64,000 nt of DNA from Takakia lepidozioides (taxonomy: Eukaryota; Plantae; Bryophyta): the NCBI GenBank assembly GCA_030704615.1, contig CM060732.1, positions 41,106,001 to 41,170,000 of the forward strand, in the 5' to 3' direction. Below are positions 1 through 13,048 of this stretch, piece by piece; position 1 is the stretch's first letter; each line of letters begins with the position of its first letter. The notes under the pieces were generated by a model. That model was given only the letters and a program-made list of their open reading frames with translations. It did not search any database and was not told the origin of the DNA. The translations under genes and the position numbers were made by a program.

Positions 1-499
1 CGACGTCCAATAACAACAAACGTCACAAAACAAACAATGACGGGATGTACAATACAATAGAAGTCCTTAACGAAAATGGCTAAAAAATGGATGGACAATC
101 TGTACGTTCAAGGGATCTCGTTGCAATCAAGTGTAACATCCGATATTGGATGAATTTCCGTCACAAGAAACACGGGCTTTCATTCCAATTAAAAGGGGTC
201 AAACTGCTGGCCAAAGCACGAGAAGAGACAGAATCGAACGACGACAACTGGAGCAAAAGCATAGCTTGGTAGAGCTTAAATTAGACACTTCTAAACGTTC
301 CATGTAAGGGCCACCATATTTTATAAAGACCATCCTCCTTCTCCTTTTCAAAAAGTCTATATTTTTCCAATGCATGCTCACAACGGATAATAAAAAAAAT
401 ACTGATTTATCATAGTCCAAATCTACTTGTTGTACCAAGAGGACCCATGGAAAACCCCTCCAACTCTCTCTCAAGTTCCTCCGGTATGGGCCATCCGTC

Positions 500-554
500 C
501 GGGCGTCCTTCTCAGAAGTCGTCGCTAGTAGTGCGGAGCAACGCGAAGCCCTAG
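500..554 (+). mobile_element. Helitron-like 3' terminus (element extends left out of the window)
   Basis: GTCGTCGCTAGTAGTGCGGAGCAACGCGAAGCCCTAG|T ends in CTAG followed by T; near-identical end on the - strand at 29741-29783. Confidence 0.5.
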
Positions 555-677
555 TATATAATATTTTAACGAAATTAGCTATATAATGTTATTGGCCGGT
601 GGGTCCAGGGTTCAATCCCCTGTGTTTCGTCTGGCTAGGGTCTAATTATTGAAGGATGCTGCTAAACCCCAAACCTT

Positions 678-685
678 AACCCTAA
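678..685 (+). promoter_or_regulatory. telo-box-like motif upstream of a translation-factor gene
   Basis: AACCCTAA within AAACCCCAAACCTTAACCCTAA, ~260 bp upstream of the eIF2B-epsilon ATG. Telo-boxes are typical of plant translation-machinery promoters, but this is a short motif. Confidence 0.3.
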
Positions 686-943
686 TTAGAGGAAGAGTGT
701 GAAGTGGAGAGTGTGGGGTGTGTGTGGGTGTGTGAGCAAGCGTGCGAGGGAAATACATTCAAAGAGCGAGCGAGAGAGAGAAAGAGAGCGAGAGAGAAAG
801 GGTGGAGCGTTGCGGGATTTGTTTGATAAGTAGAGAGGCTCGAATGACAGATTGTGGTACATAGGGTGTAGAGAGGGAGAGAATTGTTGGAGACAAAGAG
901 ATTAGGAGATAGACACAAGAGAGTCGGCAGGGAGTTGGAGGAG

Positions 944-1109
944 ATGGCGCAGAAGAAAGGGCCCAGGATCACTGAAATGGCGGACGATGAGGTCCATGTG
1001 CCCCTGCAAGCGGTGGTGTTGGCCGATAGTTTTGCTCAAAGATTTCGGCCGATCACTCTCGAGCGCCCCAAGGTTCGTGGAAAAATCTTACCCCTTGTCC
1101 CTGGCACCG

Positions 1110-1152
<43 letters not shown>

Positions 1153-4100
1153 CTTTCATTGTTTCCTGTGCAATTTTTTTTATGCCGTGCGCTTGAAGGC
1201 ATGATTCCTGCGTGGTCGTGTGGTTTTCCACCATCACCTCAGCCCGACTTTGCCATAGTTCTGTGCGGAGTCGAAAACAGTCTTGTTGCAGTGAGTGAGG
1301 GTTAATTGAGTGCGCAATTGTGCACTCGGATTGGCATCGTGTAGACAGCGGTGATACCAGCATTGCTAAATTTCCCTGACAGGCTTGTTCGACATGTGTT
1401 CCGTTGCCAATCACATCTGGTATGCTGTGGACAGGTCCTGCTGCCACTGGTCAATGTGCCGCTGATAGACTACACACTTGAATGGCTGGCCTCTGCGGGA
1501 GTGGAAGAGGTTTTTGTGTTCTGCTGTGCGCACAGCAACCAAGTCACTACTTACTTGAGCAGATCGAAATGGAGGTCACAACCGAATTTCATTGTGACAC
1601 CCATTGAATCGCATGACTGTGTCAGCGCTGGTGATGCTTTGCGACTGATTGAACAGCGTGGCGTGGTACCTCTACACACGTACCCGTGACAAATTCTGCA
1701 TTAGGTGCTAGAAGGAAGGAAATGAACTCAATTTGTTGTCCTCCCCTATTTTACAGGGCATGGAGATTGGATCAAGAGGGAAGAGGTTTATGTCTGCCTG
1801 TTGTGGTGTAGGTCCGTGGCGACTTTGTATTGGTGAGTGGTGACACTGTGAGCAACATGTCACTTACTCAAGTATTGAAGGAGCATCAGGAGAGGAAGAA
1901 GAAAGATAAATTGGCAGTAATGACCATGGTGGTCAAGAAGTCAAAACCGTGCCCTCTAACACACCAAACACGCCTTGGGAACGATGAATTGTTGCTGGCT
2001 ATCGACCCACAGAGCAAGCAGCTGTTGCACTATGATCCGGGCAGAGAACCAGGGGGTCGTGATGGCTTCCAGCGTCAGTCAATTCGGCGCCATGTCCTGC
2101 TAGACCGCACATTTCTTAATGATCGGCCTGCCCTGCAGCTGTGCACCGACTTGCAGGTGACTGCGCGGATCTCTCTCTCTCCCACTCTCTCCCCCTCTCT
2201 CTTCAGGGCTTCCGCCCAAACTGGGCGCAGGGTTTATGGGGGGTCTATGGCCACAAGGCTACGGCAAACAACGGCTTATGACTTCAGGGTTGGGAGGAAG
2301 AGGCAACATTCTTTCATTTGCCTGAAAACATCAAAGAAGGGAGTATAATGTGTTACCGGATACAACCAGACCTTTGTGAGCTCAAGACCTGCTGCCATTT
2401 ATTCTCACATGAGTGTTAAGCTCTCAATGTGAATGACAGGGTGTTGGAGGGGCCAGGATTGTCATATAGACATTTGTTCACCGGAAGTGCTCCTACTATT
2501 CACCGACAACTTCGATTACCAGCAATTGCGCCGTGATTTTGTCAAGGGTCTTCTCAGTGATGAGGTAATTTGCCCTTGCTCTGCAGACGTGCAAAAGCTC
2601 CAACCTGAGAGAATTCAACTTATGTCTAGGTTAGGACATGTATCTAGTGCATGATTGATGAGTCATTCAAAACAAAAACTAATCTCTTGCTGCACTCCAG
2701 CCTGTATGGATGGTCTGGGTGATATTCAAACTTGTCCTGAACAGCCACGTTAGCTGTTCTAGAGTACGCTGATATGCTCTCTTTGAGCACTGAAAGCTGA
2801 ATGGATTCTAAAGATTTAGCATGGCTGGAGTGGCTATCCTACATGGCAGATGCGCACTCCAAGGTATGCCTAATTATGTTGCAAAGCACGGTCCTTTTAA
2901 CTTCAGTATAAATCCTTCTGCAGAGGAAAAAATTGGTGAGACCCAAAGCTTTGCGTTTAGCTGTTGAACCACTTCATGTATGTACGCATCCTAGTTGCAA
3001 CTGGAGGAAAACTCAACACAAAGGGAGCATGGGGATCTCTTGAGATCCCCTCCTCTGTCCCCACAATCATTGAAGGCCACCACTGGGCTCTGGCCTCCAC
3101 ATGTCAAAGTACCTCTTCACGCAGTCAATCAACTCCTGAAGATAGGGTATCCCTGTGAACTCATCTGCAAAACATAGGAGCTGGTATGGTGGCATCACCC
3201 ACCTTTAACTTAAATCCCTTGCTTGTCATGTGTTCACCCTCAACTCAATTCTACACCGAGCATGAGGCAAGAAGAAGGCTTCCTTTATGCCCTTTCTTTC
3301 CTTTTCACAATCTGAGTATATGTACCAACTAAAGCACGTGAAGCTGCCTCACCTGGATCCAGGTCAAGCCGTTAAAGCCTGTCAAGCATGAAGTTCCACA
3401 GGGATCACTAACCTATTGGTTTGTTGGTTGCCTGTAGTTGTTATCCATGTCCACTTCAGTTACTAGACATTCATGGATTGCAAAACGTAAGGAGAAGACA
3501 GCATACTAGTGGGTGGGAGGGTGGCAACTATCATAAAGATAGCACCAGTAAGCACCTATTGCCATTGCGACCATATAGGGCGGCTGGTTTAGGTTAGGAC
3601 CTCGGGAAACCCTCAACTGTTTCGGCTTTGTTTTAGGCCAAAGAATTCCCTATAGAAAACAGGGTTAGGCAATTCTTGAGTGGTGTTACCAAGAACTTAG
3701 CCACCATCAAGAGAAAGTGAGCGAGAGAGAGAGAGAGACAGACAAGAGGATGGGGGTAGTGATGGTGTTTGTGGAGGATGTATCCGTGTGCTGCAGATAA
3801 TGGGGAACAAAATCTACACGTATGAGATATCAAGTGAGTACGCAGCCCGGGTCGACAACCTGCGGGCTTATGCTGTGGTCAGCCAAGATGTGATCCATAG
3901 ATGGACGTACCCCATGGTTCCTGACATACCATTTACTGGCCCAAACACTCCTATGAAGTTTGAGCGCCGCAACATCTACAAGGGAGATGGTTTGTTTCCT
4001 ATTCTACATATGGTGGCAGTCATGAGATGACATAGCAAGCAATAAATCTGTGTGATCTAACTATGCTGCAGACATCATACTGTAAGATCACTGTTGAGGC

Positions 4101-7100
4101 ATTCAGAGTAGGAAGCTAGAGAGAGAGGCTGTCTTCATCATGTGGTACAAGAGGTAGAGAGACAGAGAGACTATGCCAGTGACTAATCATTTGCATGTCT
4201 TATTAATGGGTGCAGGGGTTGTATTAGCACGGACGTCAACAATAGGAGAGAACACTGTGTTGGGAGAGGGTACGGTGGTGGGGGAAAACAGCATAATTCA
4301 ACAATCTGTTGTAGGGCGCGGCTGTATTATTGGGAAGAACGTGTCAATTGAGGGCTGCCACATCTGGAACAATGTTACAATCCATGACAATGCCCAGCTA
4401 CACTCCTCGGTTGTGTGTGAGGGGTCTACTGTGAAGTCTGAGGCAGTCCTCCAGCCTGGGGTTGTCTTATCTTTCAGGGTAAAGCAGCAATGTACTCTAC
4501 ACCTGAACGAAGTATTCTACTCTGTGAGAACCAATCTAAATTGTGGCAATTTTATTGGGCATCTGTGTTTTGCATGTGTAGGTGGTGATTGGACCCAAAT
4601 TCACAGTGCCAGCATACTCGAAGATATCACTAATGCCTCAACCAACTGAGGAGGATAGCAGTGATGAGGAACTGGAATATGCAGATGCTGCAAGCGGGCG
4701 AGCAGACAGTCCTCATAGCCCTTTCACTGGTTTACTCCATATTTCCTTCTCTTAGTGACACCCCCCCCGCTTTTTTCCTCTCTCCCCTGTGTGGTTCTTG
4801 GTCATTCTCTCGCGTCCCTTCGGTCTCCCACCAACGTAATGAATTTGTTTCTTTTCTTCCTTGATCCACCCGCCAGGCCATCCTCTGTTTTCAGGTGCAT
4901 ATCCCACAGCCCTTAGAGTGCCGATTCCCGTTTTTCCCCTTGCCCTCCCTCCGCACTCCCTCTTGCTCATCAAGGCGTATACTGTGTCTTCATTGTATAT
5001 CGCAGTGTTGTTGGGCAGCCCTTCTCCATGTGATAGTTATACCAGATGCAATGGGCTGGCAATTTCAGAGCTTGTCTTTCTCACGTGCTATCAATTCCAT
5101 AATATTTCTACCCTGAGGTTGTAAGTGTGGTATGCCAGAGGAGCAAAATATGAGGAATGGTGGCATAGCAGGGGCTGTGGACGAGGCTGTTGGGGCTCAA
5201 CACTGGAACCCTGAGGAGGTGATCCCCCCTCGTAACATTATATATGAGATAAGAGACAAAAGTAACGAGAGTGGTATTTCTTGCCCATGAGGCTAACCTC
5301 ATGACCATTTGTTGTGGGGAAGGCTTACTCAGTGGGCTGAAAATGTCAGATGGAAACTTCAGCACTCATTGGCTATATTCTAGTTGACCACCATTCGAAT
5401 GGAGTATTAAGTGGCTAGAGGGGGGCCCAGCCCTGAAAGGGGGCAGTAGCCGCAAGGCGAAGTGGCTCCTAGTTACGCCGGCTTCGGCCGGAGTCTTCTC
5501 TCTCTCTCTCTCTCTCTGGCTAGAGGCAACATATGCCCAACACCAGATATCCTAAGTTAATCGACTCTATATCTTGGAAACAGGACCGCCCTGTCAAACA
5601 GGCTAAGTCTTGGCAGAAGAGAGTAGAAGAGATTCTCAAGGAACCTGGACCTGGATCCGCAAGTCTTGACCCTGCTGGATAAATCTGACTTGGAGGCTGT
5701 AGTGTCCTCAGCCATGTCTGTTGCCATGAGATTGTCTGATGAAAATGAAGTTAGGCAGAAAACTTCCCTGAACTTGTTTCCAGTCAGTGACATGGGGGAG
5801 GACATCTTGGATGACCTCAAGGGTCTACCCACTCTCGGCACTAGACTGAAATTTAAACTCAGGGCAGGAAGCCTACCTTTGAACAGCAAACAGAAGCAGA
5901 GAGGAAAGGGAGAGTGCAATTGCCCGCTGTGTGGGCAATCTGAAGACAGTATTCACTTTCTGATACAGTGTCCGGGGTTCTCTCACCAAAGAGACGCTCT
6001 CTTCAATTCTATCAAGGGAATTGTGCCTGTACCCCTGTTTAACAACTTTGAAAGTCTCGAGGCTGAGCCAAAAGCCCAGGCCCTCCTGAGGCCTAGTTTT
6101 TGGGCAAATCACACACAGCAGATTGATGCTTGTGTGAAGGGATTTCTAGAGGATATGTGGAAAACCCGGATTAATTCTATATATGATGGTAAGTCACACT
6201 ACCAACGTCAGCCCCTGACAGAGGTAGGTTCTGTCCCTTTTGTTCCCGCTCAAACTGGGCGCGGGGTCAATGGCCACAAGGCTACGGCAAACAACGTCTT
6301 ATGAGTACAATCTCTGGCTAGAGGGGTGTGTGCGAGGGGGAGAGAGCCAGAGAAGAAAGATATAGAGCTGTTCACTCAAGCCCTGTGACTGTTGTTGTCC
6401 AATCATTTCTAATGTGTGGATGTGCCAGGTAGGTGAGACAGGGGCTGGGTACAAGTGGGCCATCAAGGATGGGTGGCATGAGGAGGAATGGAGGCATTCT
6501 GTAGCCACCATACCCCCAGAAAGAATTCAAGAGATACTGGCTATGGAGGAGGAGTGTGAGATTGGGGAAGCCGATCATGATTTGGGAGCAGTGACAGGGA
6601 GGGACGATGCAGCTGGTGCTGGTAAGTTGTTGACTATTGCATTTCTTTTCAGCAATGCAGCAGGGTCAATCCATCAAGACCTTACTAGATGACAATATGA
6701 TTATATCTTGTTATTTTTAGAGTGCGAACACCAACATCAACAATACAAAATTATTCCAAAGATAGTTCTACATATTTGGAATCTGCTCTGTAGGAAGATA
6801 ACAAAAATTAGACTCAGGTCCCAAACGTGCAAGAATTTGATCCTGGGTTGCTCAGTTCATCAATCGCTCTGATATTATCTTTCTACATCCAATCCTGACA
6901 GGTACACCAGGGATTGGAAGTCCAGGTTGATGCTGGAAGATGTCGGCAGGATGAACTTGGCTTACATTTGTAATTAGTTAGACGAGTTGTGGAGCTCTTT
7001 TCGTGGTCTCTTATCTGTACAGCCCCGGATGCAGGTGCTGAAGATGATGAGGATGATGAGGAGGCTGAAGAGGAAGACGACTTTGAGAAGGAGGTGTGTT

Positions 7101-10100
7101 ATCTCTGGGAATTTGGATAGACTCTTGATGCATTTAGAGATGCACACAATAGACTTCTTTTGGCACAGCCTTCTGACCTGGCACCAGTTTACGAGAAACA
7201 GGGGGGAGGATATGAGAATGGTATTGACCGCTACAATTGTGGATGGTATAGTATCAGATGTGAAAATCCCACCCCACATTATAGCCAAAGAGGGTAATGG
7301 CTTTGGTAATTTTTCATCATTGCACAATATAGAGAACTGGGGAGGGAGGGAGGTTACGAGGGGCATAAAGGGAGGGCGGAGACATAGGTGCAGTGTGTCT
7401 TGGTGGGTCAATGCTAATGTGCAGTTCTGTGAGTCTACTTTGGAAAGGTGGAAGGCACATTCCTAAGGGCAGCCGAAGGGGTTTCTGGAGTACTACAAGA
7501 GCATGTGGTTATTGAGGTCAACAGCTTGAAGTAAGTACTATGCTTTCCACTTGTGTATGTACACCTCTCTCTGCTTCCCCCACTGATCCTTCCGGTGTCT
7601 CTCTATCTTCCACTGTACTCATCAGCTTTCCTTTCATGGGCTGCCTCTTTCCAGAGATGATCAACCTCAGCTGTGGACATCAACAGTGTAACAATACAGT
7701 TGCTTGGGATTTGACTATCATATTGCATGCTCTATCAGTTCCAAAAGTACAGTGAAAGAAGTGAGCTTTTATGAGTGGCTTGGAGAATAGCGTGACGACT
7801 TCTGTTTTCACCGATATGGTTGGTTAGAAGTTGCAAGGTGGTTACTGGCATCTTGTGGGACTTGAAGAACAGGTTGGCATTCAACAAGACGTTTGTGGAC
7901 TGTTCTGGGGCGATGTTCAAGGCTGTGTTTAACTGGGCGTTGCGAGCTCCCCACCCCACTGCAAGTAAAGTCTCTGTTCCTTTCTGGCGCCTCCGCAGGG
8001 ATGTATGTGGGTGTGCCAGAGACAAAGAGTAAATGTTCATAACATCTGGTGGAACCCTGAAGGCCCTGTGGGCCTATGAATGTTCCCCAATGCCGTTAAG
8101 AACTTCTGGTATAAGTAACTTAAGGCCTCCAACAAGAACATCCGGGAGGGATATGTACACATTGACCAGCCCAGCAACCATCGGCTATGGCATGGTCCCT
8201 GTGATATCTGTTCCTCGGGCACACAGAGAGAGAGTTTCTCATTGGACCGTGCTGGCTTTAGGTTAGGCTAGTGACTACAAGCTTGTCACCCCATCCGGAT
8301 GCATCATGAAAGTGGGATTCAAAAGCCATGTAGTAATATGATAATATCTAGTGCTTGTTTGCTCTGACGTACCCTTGAGGATGTAGTTGCAGTGAACCAG
8401 TGGTGGGCTCTCAACCCACCTGCATCCAGCTTGACAACTATCTATTAAGTTGTTGATAGAATGTGATTTATGTTGCTCGCATTACATTATGATAAAAAAC
8501 GTAATGTTAATTTCAAAGCTGCTAATGATGTGCCATACGTTGAGAATTTGACACATGTGTCTGAGGTTGCAGTGCCAGTGAGACTGGAAAGGGAGGAAAA
8601 CTAGTAGAAGCTTTGGTAACCAGGTAGAGGTGTTTGCTCCACCCTGCGGTTAGCTTTTAACATGTGCTATGGATGCAGAGGAGTTGTTAGCAAACACAAA
8701 GGAGGTTCTCACAAAGTGGGGAGCATTACTCCGCAAATTTTTGAAAGGTTCTGACGAGGAGGTAATGTGGCTGTTCTTAATCACTCTGTTTGCCAGTTGT
8801 ACCAGAGGATATTGTGGTGGAGTGGGTGAGTTTTGGATTCAAAATGGTCTGTCTGCACCATCTACCCACAAATTTCTCCCGAAGTGGTAAAAACCGGGGC
8901 TTTACTGTTTTGAAACTTGGATTGTTCTAGCTACTTAATGCAACAAGTAAGGCCTCATAGGTGTCGAGTTTATTTCTTTGTCCCCCTGGCACAGATGGAA
9001 GTACTCTTTACGCTTGAGGAGATATGTGAAGGTCGGAGGGAGGTGGCTCCTCTCTTTACACATGTAAGCTCCCTCTTTGTCAATCTTACTGTCTCCTTTT
9101 TCCCACATGCCCTTGGGGCCTCTGTGGCCTTTTTCTTTCTTCCTTTCTTTCTCAAGCAAAGTCTAATGATGACCTGTGGAGTGATGTTGCTTCTTACTTA
9201 GTATGATACAGCTCCAACTTAAAGCAATCCGGAATCCATTTTGTTACTGGTGTATTACTAGATGTGCACGAGCAATGTAGTAAGTCCATGCTGAGTTTCC
9301 ATGCTCTACTCGTGGGAAATATCCTAGCAAACAGATGGCTCAGTGTTTAAGGCCTTCCCAGTGGTTTTGGCTTCAAAAACACATAGGTTGTATGTTGGTT
9401 GCTTCCCAGTATAGCTAACCTACGTGTAGTATTGCGTCAGTGGGTTGACTGATCATTTCCGGCTAGACCAGTGGTCTATTAACTTGAGAACCTATATTCT
9501 GTGAAATTGTCATAGGAGGAATTGAGACAGTTGTGGCTTTTGCCAGGAATCTGGCCGTCAAATAGTGCCTACCTCTTCATGTAGCTTCATTAAGACTACA
9601 TTTACACTTTGTGTATCCAAGGGGAACTATGCCATGAAGGATACATCATACATTCAAATGATTGCCATTTTCTTTCCAGAAAAGAGAACATATATGATCG
9701 TTGTCATTGTCCGAAATTTGTTCATTTAACAGTGGGCAGTCTGATAAAGCAAGTTTCTCCTGGAAAGGCCATTGCATGTACCTTTGCAATCCATCAATTG
9801 TGTAGTGTGGTAGCTGTCCAATTGAATGCAATCCCAGTAACCTTCAAGAAATAGCTGAGTCATTTGACCACATATAGTTTGTCCGGGGTTTCAATATGCA
9901 TGAGTCTCTGCTTGAGAGGAGGGCACACAGGTAGAACCCAGTCATGAGATGATAACTCCAAGTATGGCCATTCATGCCTGAAGTGGGACCTTTGATCTGA
10001 GTACTCCATTAAAGATGCACATTTTAAATGTGCGCAATTGCCCAAAAGTAGATGTCTTTCTAGTCGAACTGGGATAAGTCGCTTTATCTGAGTCGCATTT

Positions 10101-11660
10101 AGCTTTTCTTTCTTCTATAGGTGATTCACTAATGCCATCGATTTCCTACAGATATTGCGTTTCCTATATGATGAGAACATTGTACAAGAGGAAGCTATAA
10201 TTTCATGGGCCTCAGAGAAGCAAGATGCAGATGAATCTGATAAGAGGTTTTTGAGGCTAGCAGAGCCTTTTATCCAGGTAACAGTCTACATTTCTGAGCA
10301 TCCAATCTGTCACAGACACTTCTTTGTCCAGGGCTTGCAATGAGGTGTAATCAGCAGGTCTATCTCAAAGAATAGTTGCATACTGTTTTTTCTGTGAGGA
10401 CGTAGTGTACTCGTATGAAGCTACTAATTACTGCCCATGATTGTCAGAAGGTCTCTTTAATCCTGATTTCTCTTCCTCATTTGAGCACATTTAAAAGTAT
10501 TTCCTTAAGTCCCACCCAGCTCAGAAACTGATCATGTGGCTCTGAAGTTTCCTCATTATCAAACCACCAAAGTACATGCCCATAAGTTGATGCATGGTTG
10601 GTCCTAAATGTAGGTCCAGTCACTAGAAGGTGTTGACAATGAGCAATAAATACACATGTGATCTGAAGCTTCACTCTCTCTGATCACTCTCTTTATTTCG
10701 TTCTAGGCTACGTTAAACAACGTCTCATGAGTACTTTTTTTCTTTCTTTCTTTCTTTCTCCCTAAGCCCCACTTCCCCTGGGAACAACAGGGAAATTGAA
10801 GTTCTTGTTTCATGCCCTTTATACTATGAGATCTGTGGGAGATTCCCAGAATACCCAATCTCTCACAGAGGTCTGTCATTGCGAGGATTAAATATGCTTG
10901 GCAGCTTACCTGCATGAAGCGTTGACTCTTCGACAATTCCTTGTGCAGTAGTTGCTTTTGGTCTGCTTGTGGCCCCTCTCTCTTTCTTGTTTCTTTCTTC
11001 CTCTTGTCCCATAAGCTCTTTGAGCTTCCCGCATACGTTATAAAGTAACATTTCATTTCTTTAATCTCTCTTTCAGTCCTCCCCTCCTTTCATGACAGAA
11101 TGGATGTGGCTTCACTCAAATAGCAATAGGAGCTTCTAAGCAACCCATGAATGAAAGATTCCATTGTTTAGTCATCTAGCAATAGCAATGCAATGCTAGT
11201 TGACATGGTTAGGGGTTGAAAATAAACCGGAGGTATGCAGGACAGATATGTCCTAGTCCATACCATTCTGGCACTCAGTCTGAATGGAGCACAATTAGAG
11301 GGTGAGATGGGAGGATAACAGGAATCTACCTTCATAGAAGAGTTGCGACCTCGGTGGGACTTCTCTCAGTGTCAGGTGTTTTGGGGAGAGAGTGAGAGAG
11401 AGGTCTATCAGTTCCTTCAGATTTCGTTGATTATGTGGGACTGTTGTGTAGTGGAGAAAATACATTTGATTTACAACTATATGTTTAGTGCTTTGCTAAC
11501 ATCACTATGTCTGGAGTCAGGTTTTCTGGATTGGACTGGGTTACCTGTTGGAAATACCAGCTATCAAGCAGGCTTGGCACACTCTGATGCTCGTTTTTTT
11601 GTGTTCTCTCAGTGGCTCAAGGAAGCATCAGAGGAAGAGGAAGATGATGATGATTCATAG
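944..11660 (+). CDS. EIF2B5: translation initiation factor eIF2B subunit epsilon (multi-exon)
   Basis: [10 protein letters not shown]...[16 protein letters not shown] nucleotidyltransferase-like N-terminus, hexapeptide (LbH) repeats, and W2 domain ending [19 protein letters not shown] exons in consistent phase: 944-1072, 1435-1665, 1812-2156, 2457-2564, 3797-3989, 4216-4478, 4582-4729, ~6433-6621 (acceptor uncertain; a small extra exon is possible), 7023-7093, 7448-7530, 7873-7964, 8679-8761, 8995-9063, 10152-10277, 11613-11660. Confidence 0.95.
1113..1148. repeat. (GA)n microsatellite in intron 1
   Basis: About 18 AG units. Confidence 0.95.
2209..2281 (+). mobile_element. 5'-truncated LINE 3' end (same family as 5527-6310)
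   Basis: Matches the last ~60 nt of the LINE at 6245-6304; flanked by direct repeat CTTCAGGG (2201-2208 / 2282-2289); follows a CT-rich tract. Confidence 0.75.
5422..5516 (+). mobile_element. short retroposon 3' end with structured RNA motif and (TC)n tail
   Basis: Flanked by TGGCTAGAGG (5412-5421 / 5517-5526); GAAA, GCAA and UUCG tetraloop hairpins; related copy at 23541-23650. Confidence 0.7.
5527..6310 (+). mobile_element. non-LTR retrotransposon ORF2 C-terminal fragment (RTEX/L2-like, CCHC finger)
   Basis: ORF 5666-6304 has KLRAGSLPL...[15 protein letters not shown]...R, a typical post-RT zinc knuckle; flanked by TCTCTGGCTAGAGG (5513-5526 / 6311-6324); second copy at 41530-41770 (-). 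Clade assignment is tentative. Confidence 0.85.
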
Positions 11661-13048
11661 ACTGCAACATCTGCATGCTCAACATTGACCCGTGTCTTTT
11701 GGAAAGGTAACCCACCCTTGCAAATAAGGGGTGTACCACTGTCTAGAGGGGGAGGACAGCTCTCTTTTTTTCTAACAGAAGGCTGTCACTTAAGCTGGTT
11801 TCTGCCATTATGCAACTCATCCCATAAACATTTCTGTTCTAATACAGGACATTACACAAACCTTAGGAATCAATATTCACCCTAGGGATATTAGTTTCTA
11901 ATTCTACGGTGCAGTTGCCCATACGAAAGGTTGTATTGCTGTGAAGAGGTTGTTTTTGTAGCTGACTTGCAGCAGGAACATGATTGGCAATTGCCAACAG
12001 TAGAAGCAATAAGTAAATGAAGCAGGGCTCAAGTCATGCCGATCCAGTTTGGTCAAATTTCATAGTATGTGCATCAAATTTGCAAGCTATGATTCTAGTT
12101 AGGAACTTTTGAAACACTTTTCGTTATTAGAAAGCTAAGAGATATCATGACCATTAGATGACATTTGTTCATAAATGCTTGATTTTTTTTTGTTGCTGGC
12201 CTTTTGTCAATTTAGGTGTCCTGAAGAACTATTTAGTTCTCATTATGCCCAATGTGGAATTTGCGACACTGTGCTTCAACAGGCTTAGTCGCTCTGGAGT
12301 GTTTCTTGAAGGATGAATGCATTGTGTGTTTGAGATTATCAAATAGTTCATCTACTGTAGTAATGTTTGGGACGTTTAAGGCTCATCAAACAGTTGTCAC
12401 TCGTTTTTAGCTTATTGCTATCTTTTGCCCCACTATGCAAATTTTACAACAGCATGCAAAATGACTTCAAAACATGAATGGAATGTAGATGATGAACATT
12501 GATGCAATCAAATCCTAACCATGCAAGGGAAAGAGCCTTGAAATGGTGCCAGGAGGCTTACAAGGGGGATAACCACCCGATTGCTATGAGACCAAAAGCA
12601 AACCAACAGGAATGATGGGGGGACCCAACACTGCAAGCAACCAGGGAAGCCAAAGAGACTATATAAGGCCAAGTACAGGAAAACCAGCTGAACCAGTATC
12701 ATACTGTTTTAATCTATAAATAAATGTCTTCCCAAATAATTTTAATATCAGTAATAAAAACTATATATATATATATATATACTTGAACAGCCTGAGGGGA
12801 CAGAGGCCCTGGATGAAAGTTTATTTTGAAGGGAAAAAAATTAAAACCCTTGAGTGCCCTTAGGCTGTCATAAGGCTTGCTCTCACGGAAGGCTGTGCTG
12901 GATAACTCACGAACTGTAACTGAGAAATGAGACACCATGGGACTTAATTGACGCCATGAGGCCTAATAGGGCTATAATAATAACTTTTACTCAAAGTTCA
13001 ATATTGCGAGTAAATAATACACTAACTTTATGGTTACTGATTATGGTT

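Noticed and set aside
884-1204. ORF-track protein starting at TTG 884 and running through ERERER
   Set aside because: The real start is ATG 944 and the frame leaves at the GT donor at 1073; ERERE is the intronic (GA)n.
2225-2275. Resemblance of the LINE end to the 3' half of a c-di-GMP-I (GEMM) riboswitch
   Set aside because: Only the receptor-like hairpin is similar. The GGCAAAC/GAAA P1 arm is missing in the right order, and the context is a plant retroposon.
8040-8260. Possible LINE zf-RVT remnant in an eIF2B intron (NIWW...PCDIC)
   Set aside because: Short, interrupted by stops and lacks the His/Cys completion; not supportable by eye.
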